From: the human T2T-CHM13v2.0 reference genome, Homo sapiens
DNA: 64,000 nucleotides
Direction: 5' to 3' (one strand)
Assembly: GCF_009914755.1 (NCBI RefSeq)
Contig: NC_060929.1
In this document: positions 27,910 to 51,728 of the stretch, in pieces
Layout: the number at the start of each line of letters is the position of its first letter
Position numbering within the stretch: the stretch's first letter is position 1
The notes under the pieces: generated by a model
What the model saw: the letters and a program-made list of their open reading frames with translations, nothing else
What the model was told of the DNA's origin: nothing
The model's database searches: none
Made by a program: the position numbers and the translations under genes

Positions 27910-28180
27910 AGATTCCCAGATAAATAGAAGTTGAGGGAGTTTGTGACCACTAGACCTGCCCTGCAAAAAAAAAACTAGAGGGAGTCCTACAGGTTGAAAT
28001 GAAAGGACACTAGACAATAACATGAAGCTATATGAAGAAATAAAGATCTCAGCAAAGGTAAAACATGGGCAATTTTTAAAGCTAATATTCTTGTAAGAAT
28101 TATCTGTAACCACATTCTTTGTTTCCTGCATGATTTAAGAGACTAAAAATTATTACTAGTCCAAAAGCTAGTACAGTTAA

Positions 28181-28521
<341 letters not shown>

Positions 28522-29339
28522 CATATGGATTTAAAAAAAAAAAATTATTGGAAAACTTTCTTGAGATTTGCAACAATTGGAAAATAATCACGGATGCATT
28601 GCATAGTCTAGAAATATAAAAAAGTAAATGTTATGAATGTATAAACTATAAATAGGTGCTATTTTATCTCTTCTACCATAAAATATATAGAAATTAGAAA
28701 AAGGTAAAATTTATGAAAACTTACACACTTACATGCCATACATTGTGCCATTTGCAGTCAAGAGAAACATAAATAAAGATGTGGTATGAAATCATAACTG
28801 CATAAAATTAACTGGAGTACATACTGTACTGTTGTAATAATTTCATAGACACTTTCTGTTGCTGTTGCAGTAAGACCAAGTATGGTGAGTATCTGCTTAA
28901 AATGTTGTGTGATGCTTTGCATCTCCATGTGAACAGTTTGTCCCTCTAGTAAATTGCATATAGCAGTAAAAAGATCTCCAGCAGTTCTCATGTATTTTTC
29001 CTTATGTTTAGTGAAATACTGTAAACCTTCAGTAACAACCTGAGGCCCATACAAAATGCCACTAGTGATGCTGGAAGTGTTCAAGAAGCTGAGAAAAATC
29101 TTGACATTACAAGAAAAAGTTGAATTACTTGATACGCATAGATTGAGGTCTGCAGCTGGGGTTGTCTACCACTTCAAGATAAATGAATCCTACATTAGGA
29201 CTACTGTTTAAAAAAAGAAGCTAAAGCTGCAGCTATGCCAGGAGTCATGAAAACCTTCCTCTCTGTACAAAATATTTTATCTCATGTTGAAAATGCAGCT
29301 TTTATGTGAGTACAGAGTTGCCAGAAGAAAGACATACAT

Positions 29340-35451
<6,112 letters not shown>

Positions 35452-35689
35452 AAGAAAGGCATACATATAGACTCTAATATGATTTGAGAAAAAAATGAAG
35501 TCATTACATGACAACTTAAAGCAAAAGGAAGGCAAAGGATCTAATGCTAGAGTGTTTAACACCAGCAAAGGATGGTTTGATAATTTTAGGAAGAGGTTTG
35601 GCTTAACTGTCAAGGTAACAGAAGCAGCAGCTTCTGCCAACCAAGAGGCAGCAGACAGGTTCCCAGGTGCCATTAAGAAAATCCCTGGG

Positions 35690-35990
35690 GAGGATGGGTG
35701 TGGTGATTTAAGCCTGTAATCCCAGCACTTTGGGAGGTCAAGGCAGGTGGATCACCTGAGGTCAGGAGCTTGAGACCAGCCTGGCCAACATGGTGAAATG
35801 CTGTCTCTACTAAAAATACAAAAATTAGCTGGGCTTGGTGGTGGGCACCAGGAATGCCAGCTACTCGGAAGTCTGAGGCAGGAGAATCGCTTGAACCCAG
35901 GGGGCAGAGGTTGCAGTGGGCCGAGATCACACTACTTCACTCCAGCCTGGGCAAAAGAGCGAGCCTCCGTCGAAAAGAAAAGAAAAAAGC
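35690..35990 (+). mobile_element. Alu (AluS-like)
   Basis: Alu dimer inside the Tigger2 transposase remnant. Confidence 0.9.
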
Positions 35991-36429
35991 AGGAACAAAA
36001 CCAACCTGGGAAGAAGTGATAGTGTCTGAACAGGTTTTTAAAGCATACAAAAGTGCTCTATTCCGGAAAAAAAAAAAAAAAAAAGCCACAGAGGACATTT
36101 ATTAGTAATGAAGAGAAGCAGGATTTAAGGCAGGAAATGATAAGCCAACTCTACTGTTTTGTGCAAACACAGTCAGGTTTATGATCAGGAATTCCCTTTT
36201 CTATAAAGCTGCTAATCCCTGAGGCTTAACAGGAGCAACAACAACAACAACAAAACAAAAAACAAAACAAAAAAAAAAAAACACCAGCTGCCATTCTTTT
36301 AGTTGTATAACAAGAAGGCCTAGACAATACAAATACTTTTTCTAGACTGGTTCCATCAATGCTTTGTCCCTGAATTTAGGAAGTACCTTGCCAGTAAAGG
36401 ACTGCCTTTTAAACTACTTTTTAAAAATC

Positions 36430-36565
36430 TTTTTTCCCCTTTTTGTGGAGTACAGGGTCTTGCTATGTTGCCCAGGCAGGTATCAAGCTCCTCGGCTCAA
36501 GCTATCCTCCCACCTCAGCCTCCCTAAGTGCTGGGATTACAGGCATGAGCCACCATGCCCAGCCC
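36430..36565 (-). mobile_element. Alu monomer (FLAM-like)
   Basis: Single reverse-complement left-arm monomer. Confidence 0.75.
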
Positions 36566-38816
36566 CTTTCAAACTCTTTTGATATTGGACAATGCCCCCG
36601 GCACCCAAAACCCCTAAGTTCAACACTGAAAAGTTGGTCTACTTGTCCCCAGACACAACATCTCTAATCCAGTCTCTCTAGATCAGAGGGTCATAAGGAC
36701 CTTTAATGCTCATTACACATGGTACTCTATGGAAAAGATTGTTGAACTACCAGAGAGAACCCTGCTAGAGAGAACATCAAGAAAGTCGAAGGATTACACC
36801 ATTCATGATGCCACTGGTGTTACAGAAAAATCTGTTAAAGCCATCAAGCCCCAAATAATAAATTCCTACTGGAGAAAACCATGTCCAAATGTTGTGCATG
36901 ACTTCACAGGATTTACAACAGAGCCAATCAAGGAAATCATGAAAGAGATTGTGAATATTACACAAAATTTAAGCACCAGTAGATGTCACCCCAGAGCAAT
37001 TAACAGAAGATGACTGGGAGATGAGTGCTTCAGAACCAGGGCCAGGCAATGAGGAAGAAGACACAACAGTAGCTGCGTCAGAAAAGAAATTGACATTAGA
37101 CCATCTGGAAGAAGGGTTTTGATTATTCAAGACTGCTTTTTGACTTCTTTTATGACACGGGACCCTTCTATGATACAGTCACTGAAACTAAAGCAAATGG
37201 TGGAAGGAGGATTGGTACCATATAGAAACATTTTTAGAGAAATGCAAAAGCAAAAAAAAAAAGTCAGAAACTACAATGTATTTTTGTAAAGTTACACCAA
37301 GTGTGCATGTGTCTCCTACCTCCCCTTCCACCTCCTCCACCTTTCTGCCTCTGCCATCCCTGAGACAGCAAGACTAATCTGTCCTCTTCTTCTTTCTCCT
37401 CAACCTACTCAAAATAAAGTTGACAAGAATGAAGACCATTATGATGATCCATTTCCACTGAACAAACAGTAAATGTATTTTCTCTTCTGTATTTTTTAGC
37501 TCACTTTAAGAATATAGTATATAATACATATACAAAGTATGTGTTAACAGTTTATGGTACCAGTAATGTTTCTGATCAACAGTAAGCTACTAATAGCTAA
37601 GTTTTTTGGGAAGTCAAACTTATATGGAGATTTTTGACTCCACAGATGTCAGCACCTCTAACCCCCACATTTTCAATAGTCAACTGTGTTATTGCAATGT
37701 AAGTTTGTAATGCTACATTTTGTTTTCTACATAATTTAAGAGACTAATGCATTTTTAAAACAATTATTAGTTTACATTTTTGGACACAATGTACAAAGAT
37801 GCATTTTTTTTTAACTTCAATAGCTGAAAGCAGTGGGGATGCAGCTGTAAATGAACAGAACTTGTATGTTATTGAAGTTATTAAAGCTGATATAAATTCA
37901 AATTATAGTGTTAAACTTTAGAATGTTCAGTGTAATATTCACAGTAACTGCAGAGAAAATAGTTATGGAATTTACACAAAAGGAGGTAAGGAAATTGAAA
38001 TATCTCACTATTTAAAAAATTAAATATAAGAGGCAATGCAGAAAAAGACAAAAGAAGTTATAAGGCATATAAAAAACAAACAGCAAATGACAAAAATCCC
38101 TCATCAGTAATTACTTTAAATTTAAATGGATTAAACATTTCACTCAAAAGACAGTTTGGCAGAATAGATTTTTAAAAATGATCTAACCATATGCTGTCTA
38201 TAAGAGACTCACTTTAGAATCCAAAGACATAAATAGGTTGAAAGTGAAAAGATATTTCATGCACATAGCAACCAAGAAGGGCAGGGATGGTAATACCATC
38301 AGATAAAACAAACTTTAAATTGGAAGAATCATAAGAGACAAAGAAAGAAAGGTATTATATATTAATAAAAGATTCAATACAGTAAGAAGACATAACATAA
38401 TAAACATTTACATACCTAATAACAGCTAATCAAAACATATGAAGCAAAAGGTGGCTGAACTGTACGGAGAAATACATATTTCCACAATGATAGAAACTTC
38501 AATATCTCATTCTCAATAATGGACAGAACGACCAGACAGAAGGAAATAGAGGACTTGAACAACACAATAAATCAGCTAGACCTAATAGACATATAGGACA
38601 CTCTACCAACAAGAGAATATATATTTTTCTCAAGTACACATGGAACATTCTCCTGGATAGACTATAGCTTAGGCCATAAAGTCTCAACTGATTTTTAAAA
38701 GTATCATACAAATAATCTTCTCCAATCACAATAGGGTGAAGTTAGAGCTCAAAAACAGAAGGGAAATCGCAAAATTCAAATTCTCTAGAAACACAAAACT
38801 TACCAAGACTGAATCA

Positions 38817-38817
<1 letters not shown>

Positions 38818-38869
<52 letters not shown>
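38818..38869 (+). repeat. Pure poly(A) tract, 52 nt
   Basis: Directly visible; embedded in old L1 ORF2 sequence (actgaatcac|A52|tctgaatagac). Confidence 0.95.
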
Positions 38870-38873
<4 letters not shown>

Positions 38874-39072
38874 AATAGACCTTATAACTTGTAAGGAGAT
38901 TAAATCACCAACTGAAAACCTCCCAGTTAAGAAAAGCTCTGGACCTGATGGTTTCACAGGTAAATTCCAAACATTTAAAGAATAATTAACACCAATTCTT
39001 CTCAAACTTTTATCAGACATTTGAAGAGAAGGGAACATTTCCTAACTCATTCTATGAAGCCAGTATTGGCCT

Positions 39073-39558
39073 GATATCAGCAGGACAGTTCTCTGGGTGG
39101 CCTTGGACTGACAGAGTTCTTCTTTCTTAATTGTAGTTCAAGAATAACTACAGAATGTGCTGGGAGTGTAATATTCTGAGACAGGGAGGAACCGGCCAGA
39201 AAAGCCCAGGTCCTGATCCAGTCCCTACCTCCAGAGACAAGATGTCCTTCAACAGTTTTGCTCAGCATGTCACGTCACCCCAGTATGTCACGTCACCCCA
39301 AGGAAATCAAACCCAGGGTGGGCTACATGCCAGGTTGCCTCAGCTGCAGTGCAAAAGGAGCACACAAAGATGAGACTCCATGCACCCTGAGCAGCTTTTC
39401 TGAACTTTGGAAGACCGGCTCATAATGAATGTTAGTCTTTTGTTGTCCCTTGCTGCTTTTCTGTAAGTAATAAGCCCACTTCATGTAACTTGTATGTGTG
39501 TGTTCTGTCTTATCAGACTCAGACAAGCTGGTAACTAGTGCAGTGAACCTGCTTCACA
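39073..39558 (+). mobile_element. Solo ERV LTR (LTR47-like; family tentative)
   Basis: ~485 bp non-L1 block ending gaacctgcttcaca; L1 ORF2 is continuous on either side; internal tandem duplication of atgtcacgtcacccca. Confidence 0.6.
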
Positions 39559-39692
39559 ATGCCAAAGCCAGAGAAAGACACCACAAGTAACGTGCAGACC
39601 AATCCTCCTTAATAACTTTGATGCAAAAATTCAACAAAATACTATTAGCAGACAGAATTAAGAAGCATTTTTAAACGAGTATGTGCCATGTC

Positions 39693-40380
39693 TGTATTAA
39701 TTCATTCTCACATTGCTATAAAGAACTACCTGAGACTGGGTAATTTATGAGGAAAAGAGGTTTAATCAGCTCATGATTCCACAGGCTGTACCGGAAGCAT
39801 GGCTGGGGAGGCCTCAGGAAACTTTTAGTCATGGTGGAAGAAGAGGAGAAAGGAGGCTCATCTTACATGACCAGAGTGGGAGGAAGAGAGAGAGAGGGAA
39901 GGGGGAAGTGTTACACACTTCTTTTTTTTTTGAGACAGAGTCTCACTCTGTCACCAGGCTGGAGTGCAATGGTGCGACCTTAGCTCAACTGCAACCTCCA
40001 CCTCCCGGCTTCAAGTGATTCTCCTGCCTCAGCCTCCCAAGTTGCTGGGACTACAGGCGCACACCACCACGCCCAGCTAATTTTTGTATTTTTAGTAGAG
40101 ACGGGGTTTCACCATGTTGGCCAGGATGGTCTCGATCTCTTGACCTCATGATCTGCCTGCTTTGGCCTCCCTAAGTGCTGAGATTACAGGCGTGACCCAA
40201 CGTGCCTGGCTGCCACACACTTTTAAGCAACCAGATCTCATGAGAACTCACTATCATGAGAACAGAAAGGGGGAAGTCCACTCCCATGATCCAATCACCT
40301 CCCACCAGGCCCCTCCTCCAACACTGGGGGTTACAATTCAACATGAGATTTGAGTGGGAACACAAATTCAAACGATATCA
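39693..40380 (-). mobile_element. MSTA-like MaLR solo LTR interrupted by an Alu
   Basis: tgtatta...ctataaagaactacctgagactggg...gatatca; TSD ATGTC / ATGAC. Confidence 0.85.
39922..40213 (-). mobile_element. Alu (AluS-like)
   Basis: Reverse-complement Alu inside MSTA; flanking acacactt repeat. Confidence 0.9.
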
Positions 40381-41085
40381 ATGACCAAGTGGGACTTATT
40401 CCTAGAATTCAATGAAGACTCAATATACAAAAAGAAAAATCAATGTGATATACTGCATTAACAGAATGAAGGGGAGAGAAAACAAATGGTCATCTCTATT
40501 GGTGGAGAAAAATTATCTTACAAAATTCAACACCCTTTCATGGTAAAAACAGACCAGAAATATAAAGTATCTCAAAATAATAAATGCCATATATGAAAAA
40601 TCCACAGCAAACATAATACTTAGTGGTAAAAGACCAAAAGCTTTTTGTTTAGGATGAGGAACAAGGCAAGGATGCTTGCTTTCACTTCTATTCAACATAA
40701 TACTAGAAATGCTAGACAGAGCAATTAGTCAAAAAAAAAAATTACGTAAAGGCATCCAAATTGGGAAGGAAGAAAAATGATCTCTATTCACAGATGATGC
40801 AGTCTTCTATGTAAAAAACCCTAAAGATTTAACACAAAAAATGTTAGAACAAATTCCAATTAGCAGAATACAAAGTCAATATACACAAAAAGTGACATCC
40901 CTGCACACTAACGAGGAACAATCTAATCTGAAGAGGAAGTTAAGAAAACTACATTTCCAGTAGCATCAAAAAGAATAAAATACTCAGGAATTAACAAAGG
41001 AGGTGAAAGACAAGCACAATGAAAACTACAAAACACTGCTAAAAGAAATTAAATAGCACACAAATAAATGGAAAGGCATACCATG

Positions 41086-41450
41086 TGATATGGTTTAGCT
41101 CTGTGTTCCCACCCAAATCTCATCTTGTAGCTCCCATAATTCCCATGTGTTGTAGGAGGGACCTGGTGGGAGATGATTGAATCATGGGGTCAGGTCTTTC
41201 CCATGCTGTTCCTGTGACAGTGAATGGGTCTCACGAGATTTGATGGTTTTAATAAAATGTTTATCTGCACAAGCTCTCTCTCTGCCTGCTGCAATCCACA
41301 TAAGATGTAACTTGCTCCTCCTTGCTTTCCGCCATGATTGTGAGGCCTCTCCAGGCATATGGAACTGTAAGTCCAATTAAACCTCTTTCTTTTGCAAATT
41401 CCCCCATCTTGTGTATGTCTTTATCAGCAGCATGAAAATAGACTAATACA
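41086..41450 (+). mobile_element. THE1B solo LTR
   Basis: tgatatggttt...gactaataca; perfect TSD CCATG 41081-41085 / 41451-41455. Confidence 0.92.
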
Positions 41451-41577
41451 CCATGTTAATGAATTGGAAGACTTGATATTGTTAAGGTGTCTATACTACC
41501 CAAGTCGTCTACAAATTCAATGCAATCTCTGTAAAAATCCCAACGATGTTTTTTGAAAATAGAAAAATCTATTCTAA

Positions 41578-43905
<2,328 letters not shown>

Positions 43906-45023
43906 TACCATATACTAAAATTAACACAAAATTGATTGAAGACTTAAATATAAGAACTAAAACAATAAAACTCTTAGAAAAAAACGGGAAAAGTTTCATG
44001 AGATTAGATTTGGCAATGATTTCTTGGATGTGGCACCAAAGGCTTGGGCAACAAAAAAGACCAGTTGGACTTCACAAAAAGTAGGTTTCTGTGCCTCAAA
44101 GGACACCATTAAGAGAGTGAAAAGGCAACCTATGGAATAAGAGAAAATATTTACAAATTATATGTCTGACAAGTGAGTGATATCCAGAATACATAGAGAA
44201 CCACTGAAACTCAACAATCCAATTCAAAAATGGACAAAGATCTTAAACAGATATTTCTCTAAAGAAGATATACAAATGGCCAATAACCACATAAAGACAT
44301 GTTCAACTAATAGGGAACTGCAAAGCAAAACCACAATAAGATATCATCTCACATCCACTAGGATGACCGTTACCAAAAAAAAAAAAAAAGAGAAAATAAA
44401 TGTTGGTGAGGATGTGGAGAATCGTAACCCTTGTGAACCATTGGTGTAATATAAAATAGTACCACTGCTATGGAAAACAGCATGGCAGTTCCTCAGAAAA
44501 CTAAGCAGATTTATCATATGACCCAGCAATTCCACTTCTGGGTACACGCTCAGAAGGATTGAAAGCAGGGACTCGGACAGATATTTGAATACTCACATTC
44601 ATGGCGGCATTATATATAACAGCCAAAAGGCAGAAGCAACCCAAGAGTTCACTGATGGATGAATAGATAACAAAATGTGGTATATTCATATATACAATCG
44701 AGTATTACTGAGCCACAAAAAGGAAAGAAATTCTGACATACACTACAACATGGATGAAACTTGAGGACATAAAGTCTAATAAGTGAGTCACAAAAGGACA
44801 AATACTATATGATTTACTTGTATGAGATATCTAGAGTAGTCAATTTCACAGAGACAAAGAATGGTGGTTGCCAGGGGCTAAGGAGAGGGGAGTAAGTTAT
44901 TATTTAATGAGTACAGAGTTTCAGTTTTGCAAGATAAAAAGAGTTCTGGAGATGGATGTTGATGAGGGCTGAATAATAACATGAATTTAGTATCACTGAA
45001 CTGTACAGTTAAAAATTTGAGAA

Positions 45024-45458
<435 letters not shown>

Positions 45459-45489
45459 CTAGAATGTGAAGGAGAATATGGTGAAATCT

Positions 45490-45708
45490 AATAATCACTA
45501 GCATTTATTATGCTTTCTCCATTCCACCTATCAGAAAATGAGCTTTAAACACTTTAAACATCACAAAAACTTGTAGAAGATAAGTACTATTATTTACTCC
45601 CATTTTACAGATGGAGATACTGAGGCACAAGTCTCACAGCTGGTAAAGAATGAAGCTAGGATCCAAAGTCTAGTGAATTTGGATCCAGGTCCAAGCTCTT
45701 AACCACTA
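45490..45708 (-). mobile_element. MIR
   Basis: MIR core cccattttacagatggagatactgaggcac. Confidence 0.75.
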
Positions 45709-47297
45709 AAGTATGTAACAACACGTACAGTAACTCTATCCTATGGGATCCTAACAGGGCCACATCAAATATTTTGGAAGACCAAAGAAAAGAGAAAGAT
45801 ATTCCAGCTGGGCTAAGATTGACAGGGTGAGGCCTGTATCAGGGAGGCCTTCATGGAAGAGGTTTCATTCGAAAATAAACCTTAAAAAATGAGAATTTGA
45901 ACTTATGGACACAGAGGGAGAAGCATGAGAGCACCAAGAAAAGTGAGCTACCAACAACACATGGTGGCCCTGATCAACACCAGTCTAGATTAGGTTAAAC
46001 ACGTTTCTGCCAAGCCCCACCCTTCACCAGGCCCTAAAGGTAACAACAAGTTTATCAAAGAATAGTGGGCATCATTGTCACTCAGCATCTAATGCTCAAT
46101 GCTGGCTTAGTACAATCTGTAATCCTAAACATCTGCTCTGCGACACACCATTCAGGCCCCTGTGGAATCTTTTTAATCTCTTGTGTGCATCCTTGAGACA
46201 AAATGCTACTGCATCTAAGCACAGGAAAGGTTTGTGGATTGTGCCACCACTAATATCAGGTATGAGCGCTCCCTGGAACTGTGGAGCAGTTTGAGCTGTG
46301 GAGGCACTTGGGTAAGAGAAAAGACAAAGACAATCATATAAAGGAGAACTGGAAAAAAAAAATCAACTTTCAACTTGAGGAATTTATTTAAAAGACTGTC
46401 AGGGCAAGCCCGTGGAAATGGCATTAACTTTTAGCTGAAAATCCAGGGGTATTTTTTCTACCACATATAGCACATAGTTTAAATTTGTTACTAGGAGACA
46501 TAGTTATAACTGTGCCTAGAATTATGTCAATTTTTAGAATAAAAAGATTAACATTATTTTATGGATCTGCTAAAAGAGAACATTTGAGGAAACATCAGAT
46601 TTCGCACTGAAACCACTTTCACATACTCAAAGGACTGTTGACAAAATGCCGTTAAAGTATTTAGATTTAGTTTGGAAAAAGTAAAAGATGCATTACATAA
46701 GTAAAACAGGATCCTCAAAGAGTAAAATTGTGGGAAAAAAATTTAAAAAAACATAAAAAGAATGAAATTGTGATCTTGGGAGAAAATAAAAATAATTTTG
46801 AATAAGCACCATCTATAATTATTTAGTATGAACTATTTTTTACTATTATTACAAAAAAGGAATCTACGTTTGTCTAATTTACTTTAGCAATTAAAGTATT
46901 ACAAGTTTTAGAAACTGCTTTTCCCAAATAAAAATGCATGTGAAATATACAACAAAAATGGCATTCCAATGAAATATAAAGAAACCAAAACAATAAAACA
47001 AAAATGTTTTACATGACTATGTAAGAGAAGATTCACATGCAAGTACTCCCAAACTAACTTGTTTATAAACCATTTTTTGACCATAACAGGTTAGGGTATA
47101 ATCTTGATTGAAGGAGGTCAGAACAAATTGAGGAAAATACTGCTTTTAAGGAGGTTTCCTTATAATATCTGAGAATTGAAAAATTTGAAAGAACAGTTCA
47201 AGAAATACTGTATGATCTAGATAGTAAGAGACAGGGAAAATTGTAATATAATATTTATATAATAAGGTGAAGATATAATTTTCTGTGATAATGTTTT

Positions 47298-47495
47298 CAG
47301 TAAGTCTCACTAATCATCAGTAGGTTCTTGGAAACTGCAAGTTTAAGCAAAACTACAAAAACCAATTTTTTTTTGTCCTCATCAACATTATAACAAAATG
47401 ATGTTGAACCAATGAGGACATTTGAGGACCTGTATATTTTACCTAAAGCTGCAGTTTCCAAGAACCTCTCCACAATGTTAATTGAGGGCTTTCTG
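47298..47495. mobile_element. MER47/Tigger5-derived MITE
   Basis: Inverted termini cagtaagtctcact...taggttcttggaaactgc / gcagtttccaagaacct...gagggctttctg followed by TA. Confidence 0.7.
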
Positions 47496-50462
47496 TACAT
47501 GTAGCCTCATTACAGTAGGTGAACGTAGTATGTAAAATGAATACTTGAATGTGAATATTTAGCCTACCTACCACAGGCCTTTTAGATTCAGAAATGAATC
47601 TACATGTTGCTTGACAATTCCAGGTGCAACTTATCAGAGCAGTTTCTCCAAATCAAAGTTGATTTAGAAAATAAATGGATAGAATCATGTAAATTACAAG
47701 TGTCTTTATTCAAACATCACTGACACATAAACAGAACACCCAGAAATATACAATGATAATTAAATTCAGTGATCTTTGATATTTTTGCCAACTTCCAGTC
47801 ATATAAAAACCATGACTTTAAATATATCTTATGTTGTGTTATAATGGTCTATTTTGTCAAGTTAGGAAGATAGAGCATCTTTTAAACAGTTTATTGGTGC
47901 GATATGGAACTTTCATTTGGAGACATATGGTATGTGGTACTTCTGCCCCAGACACTAGAAACTTTGGGAGGGGGCTGGCTCTCAATCTGCATTCAGCACC
48001 CCTGAAGAGAATAAAGCCCACGGTGGGAAAGGGATAAAGACATATTTCCCCTCTACGCAAGCAGAAAAGTAAGCAGCCCCCAAGCCAGTTCACTTCCCAT
48101 ATGGTTTGATTTACTCTGATTTTCTCCGCCTGGGCTCCATTCTGGGCTGAGTCCGGTGGGATCACAGATACATCACTGTCTGGCTAGCCCACAGCTTCCG
48201 GCAGAACAGGGATAGGGGAGGGTTTTCCTGGGAAAATACGCTGTGAGATGCTATCCAAGTGAAAAATATGCAGCCCCCAAACTCCACCTTCATTAGCCAG
48301 AATAAAACCCAGGGATTTCTGCCTACTGGAGTTTCAGACTGACAGGAAAAGAGGAAATTAAAGAGTCCCTGGTTGGAACTTTTCTAATAGGCTTTCTGGC
48401 AAACAGCCAAACCCAGGAATGAGCTGGAGAAAGCAAACTGGGTTAAACTGTAATGGGGATGGGGCTGACCCTAGGCAGGGCAGCCTGGGTTCAGCCCGTC
48501 TACTAGCTACCACATAGTCTCATGTCACGTCACTCCGCCCATCCCTGAGGTGAAAATATCATCCCCATTTCATACACAAGGACTCAAAATTAGAACACAA
48601 TAGAGGTTAAGCAACCACACCGCCTGCTCCCCTCCTCCTAACATCTCTCCCCTTCCCTCTCCCCACCTCCCCCTCCTCACATACCAAGGCCTTCCATCAT
48701 CTTTATAATGCCTTTTCCTCCTGGAAGCCTGGGTTCCAGTTTATCTGTGAAATATTCTCTAAGCATCTGTCTTTGACCTTCTTACCTCTTATCAAAATTA
48801 TAATTCAATGTTAATTGTGTGATCATTTAATGAATACAGTCTAGTAGTATAGGGACTGCCTGTCTTGCTCACCATAATAGTGCCAGTGCCATTCACAGCA
48901 GGTGACACGTAAGTGCTCCATTTATGTCATCTAAATGAATCCATTTCTGTCTCCTTCCCCTAAAATACAAACAACAAAAAAAAACCCTGCCTTAAAACAG
49001 CAGCTGGCATAAAAGAAGTGAGTAAAGGGCTAATCGGCACTGACTGTAATTATTATGGATATACTATATTGGGCTGCAGAAAACAGGACTATGGAGGTAG
49101 GGCTGAGGCAGGAGGGACACAGAAAGGGACAGAGTCAGGGCTGAGCATGAGGTTTGGTGGTGTTAATTTTCTCTTTTGGAACCCTCCTCAACCAAGAATG
49201 CAGGCAGAAGAGAGTAACTGGTTAAGAGCTGGGTTGTTGAAAACCCAGCTCTGCCAGGAACTAGCAAGTTCTTAATCTTTGAGCATCTTTTTCCTTATCT
49301 TCAAAATAATAGTAACAGTGATAATACCTGCTTCTTGGGTTGTTACAAGTCATGAATGGTAATATGTATGAATTGCCTTGGCACGGTGCCCGGCACACTG
49401 TCAGTGATCAATAACTGGTGCTGATAGAGAGAAAAGGGTTCAGTCAGCTCATTGCACTTGTTTTTACCCTCTGCAGCCAGGTGTCAGTGCCCCGTTTCCT
49501 GTTTCCTCCTCTCCAACTCGGGTTTCCATTCAGGATTCCCCAGGGAAGGTGGAAGTATATCTTGGAAGATCTTCATCACCCCTAATCCCCATTCAGTCCA
49601 AAGCTATTTCCAACAGATTCAGGAATCAAAAAGCCTAGATGAGGAAGCAACAACCAGTTGGAGGGGACTATGGCAGAGCCCAGGAAGCCCAGAAGTGGGA
49701 AAGGGTCGTACCTGAGACCAGTGGGGAGAAGATCAATTTCTCCATCTCAGCCCCTCCTTGGCAAACTCTTTAGCTCTTAAGAACCCAGAGTTCATTCTCA
49801 GGACCTGAAGCCTGAGGCCAGGAGTCTCTGGATAGGTCTTCTATGTGTGCATCTCCCTCCCCAGAAGAGGGGAAGATGAGCCCGTGGGAGGCCTTTATTG
49901 CCTGGGGTTGACTGGTTACTAAAACTGGACTCACCTGTGACATGAGAGCTCGCCCAAACCTCAGCCCAGACCCGGATGCTTCTGTCCTTCCTCCTCCCTT
50001 GCAGAGGAGGATGTATAGGCAAAAATAAAAATAAAAAATAAAAATACACAGCACTGGGAGTCATGAAACTCACATCTCGTTCCAGTTTTTCTACTTTTTC
50101 TCCGTCTTTAAAATGGGCATAGTACCCCAGATGATCTCTAAGGACTCTTCCTGCCCTGGCAGTTTGAGATCTTCTGCACTGGAACCATGGATGGGAACCA
50201 CAGCCTGCCTTGGGGGAGATGGCAAGGGAAAGGGAACCCAAAGCCCTAAAAGGAAATTTCTAACCTTAGGGGATCCGTGAGCACGCGCAAATTACAGGCA
50301 CATATATATGTATTTTGCTTTACTTCTTCAGAAAACAGTGAGTAGTAGACAGCCTCAGATTCTCAAACTTCTGCTCTAAACTGGCAACATTTAAAGAGTC
50401 TATTTGGGAACTTTGGGGAACCCAGTACTCTCCTATTGGTGAAAATGAGAGAGGATGCAGCC

Positions 50463-50918
50463 CTGTTTCCTGACGCTGATGTAACGAATTACCACCAAAT
50501 TAACAGCAACACAAACGTATTATCTTACAATTATGGACACCAAAAGACATAAGTCTCTTAACTTAGTCACCAGACGAGAATCAATGTGTCGGCAAAGCTG
50601 GTTCTTTCTGGAGCACCAGGGAACAATTCGCTTCTCACTGTTTCTTGCTTCTAGAGGCTGTTGGCTCTTGACTGCATCACTTCCATCCCCGCTTCCGTCC
50701 TCACATGACCTTCCCTGCTGACTCCGACCCATCTGCCTTCCACTTATAAGGACCCTTGTGATTACATTGGGTCCACCTGGAAAACCCAGGGCCCTCTCCC
50801 TGTCTCAGGATTTTTAACTTAATCACGTCTACAGAATCTCTTTTACAACGTAAGGTAACAAATTTGCAGGTTTAAGGGTCAAGACATGGGTGGGGAATGT
50901 GAATATTCAGCCTACCAG
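50463..50918 (-). mobile_element. MLT1 (MLT1D-like) solo LTR
   Basis: gtaacgaattaccac...aaggacccttgtgattacattggg...attcagcctacca. Confidence 0.7.
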
Positions 50919-51403
50919 AAGCGCTTTGAATAGTCATATCCTTTAACCCAGCAATTCCACTTGCAGAGTTTATCCTACAGGCTAAACTGTATAAAGAGGT
51001 AATGTCCACACAGCAGAGTTTATAATATTTAAACCTGGAAACAACCTGTTCTACTGATAATCAGTAGAAACGTAATTAAATAAGCTAGCAATATTTGTAC
51101 ATTAGCATATTCTAAAAAGATGCAGTATTCTAAAAATAAGTATATTCATATGTACTAATATGAAAAAGTCTCTAAGTCAGTTGCTAGGATAAAAGCAACC
51201 TGAAATAAAAGCTGTATAATGTGACTCCGTGTTGTGGTATGCATATATAATTTCTGGATGTATATCACAGAATCTGTTAATGGTGGTGACTACCTCTTGT
51301 GTGTAGGATAGCCAGGGTACTTTTATGCTTCATTTTACACCCTTCTGAACTGCAGTTTATTTTTTAACCAATTATAACATACAATTTTAAAATTTTATGA
51401 TTT

Positions 51404-51728
<325 letters not shown>

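Noticed and set aside
35495-37013. Domesticated Tigger transposase gene (TIGD-like)
   Set aside because: Only short broken frames, interrupted by L1 and Alu insertions
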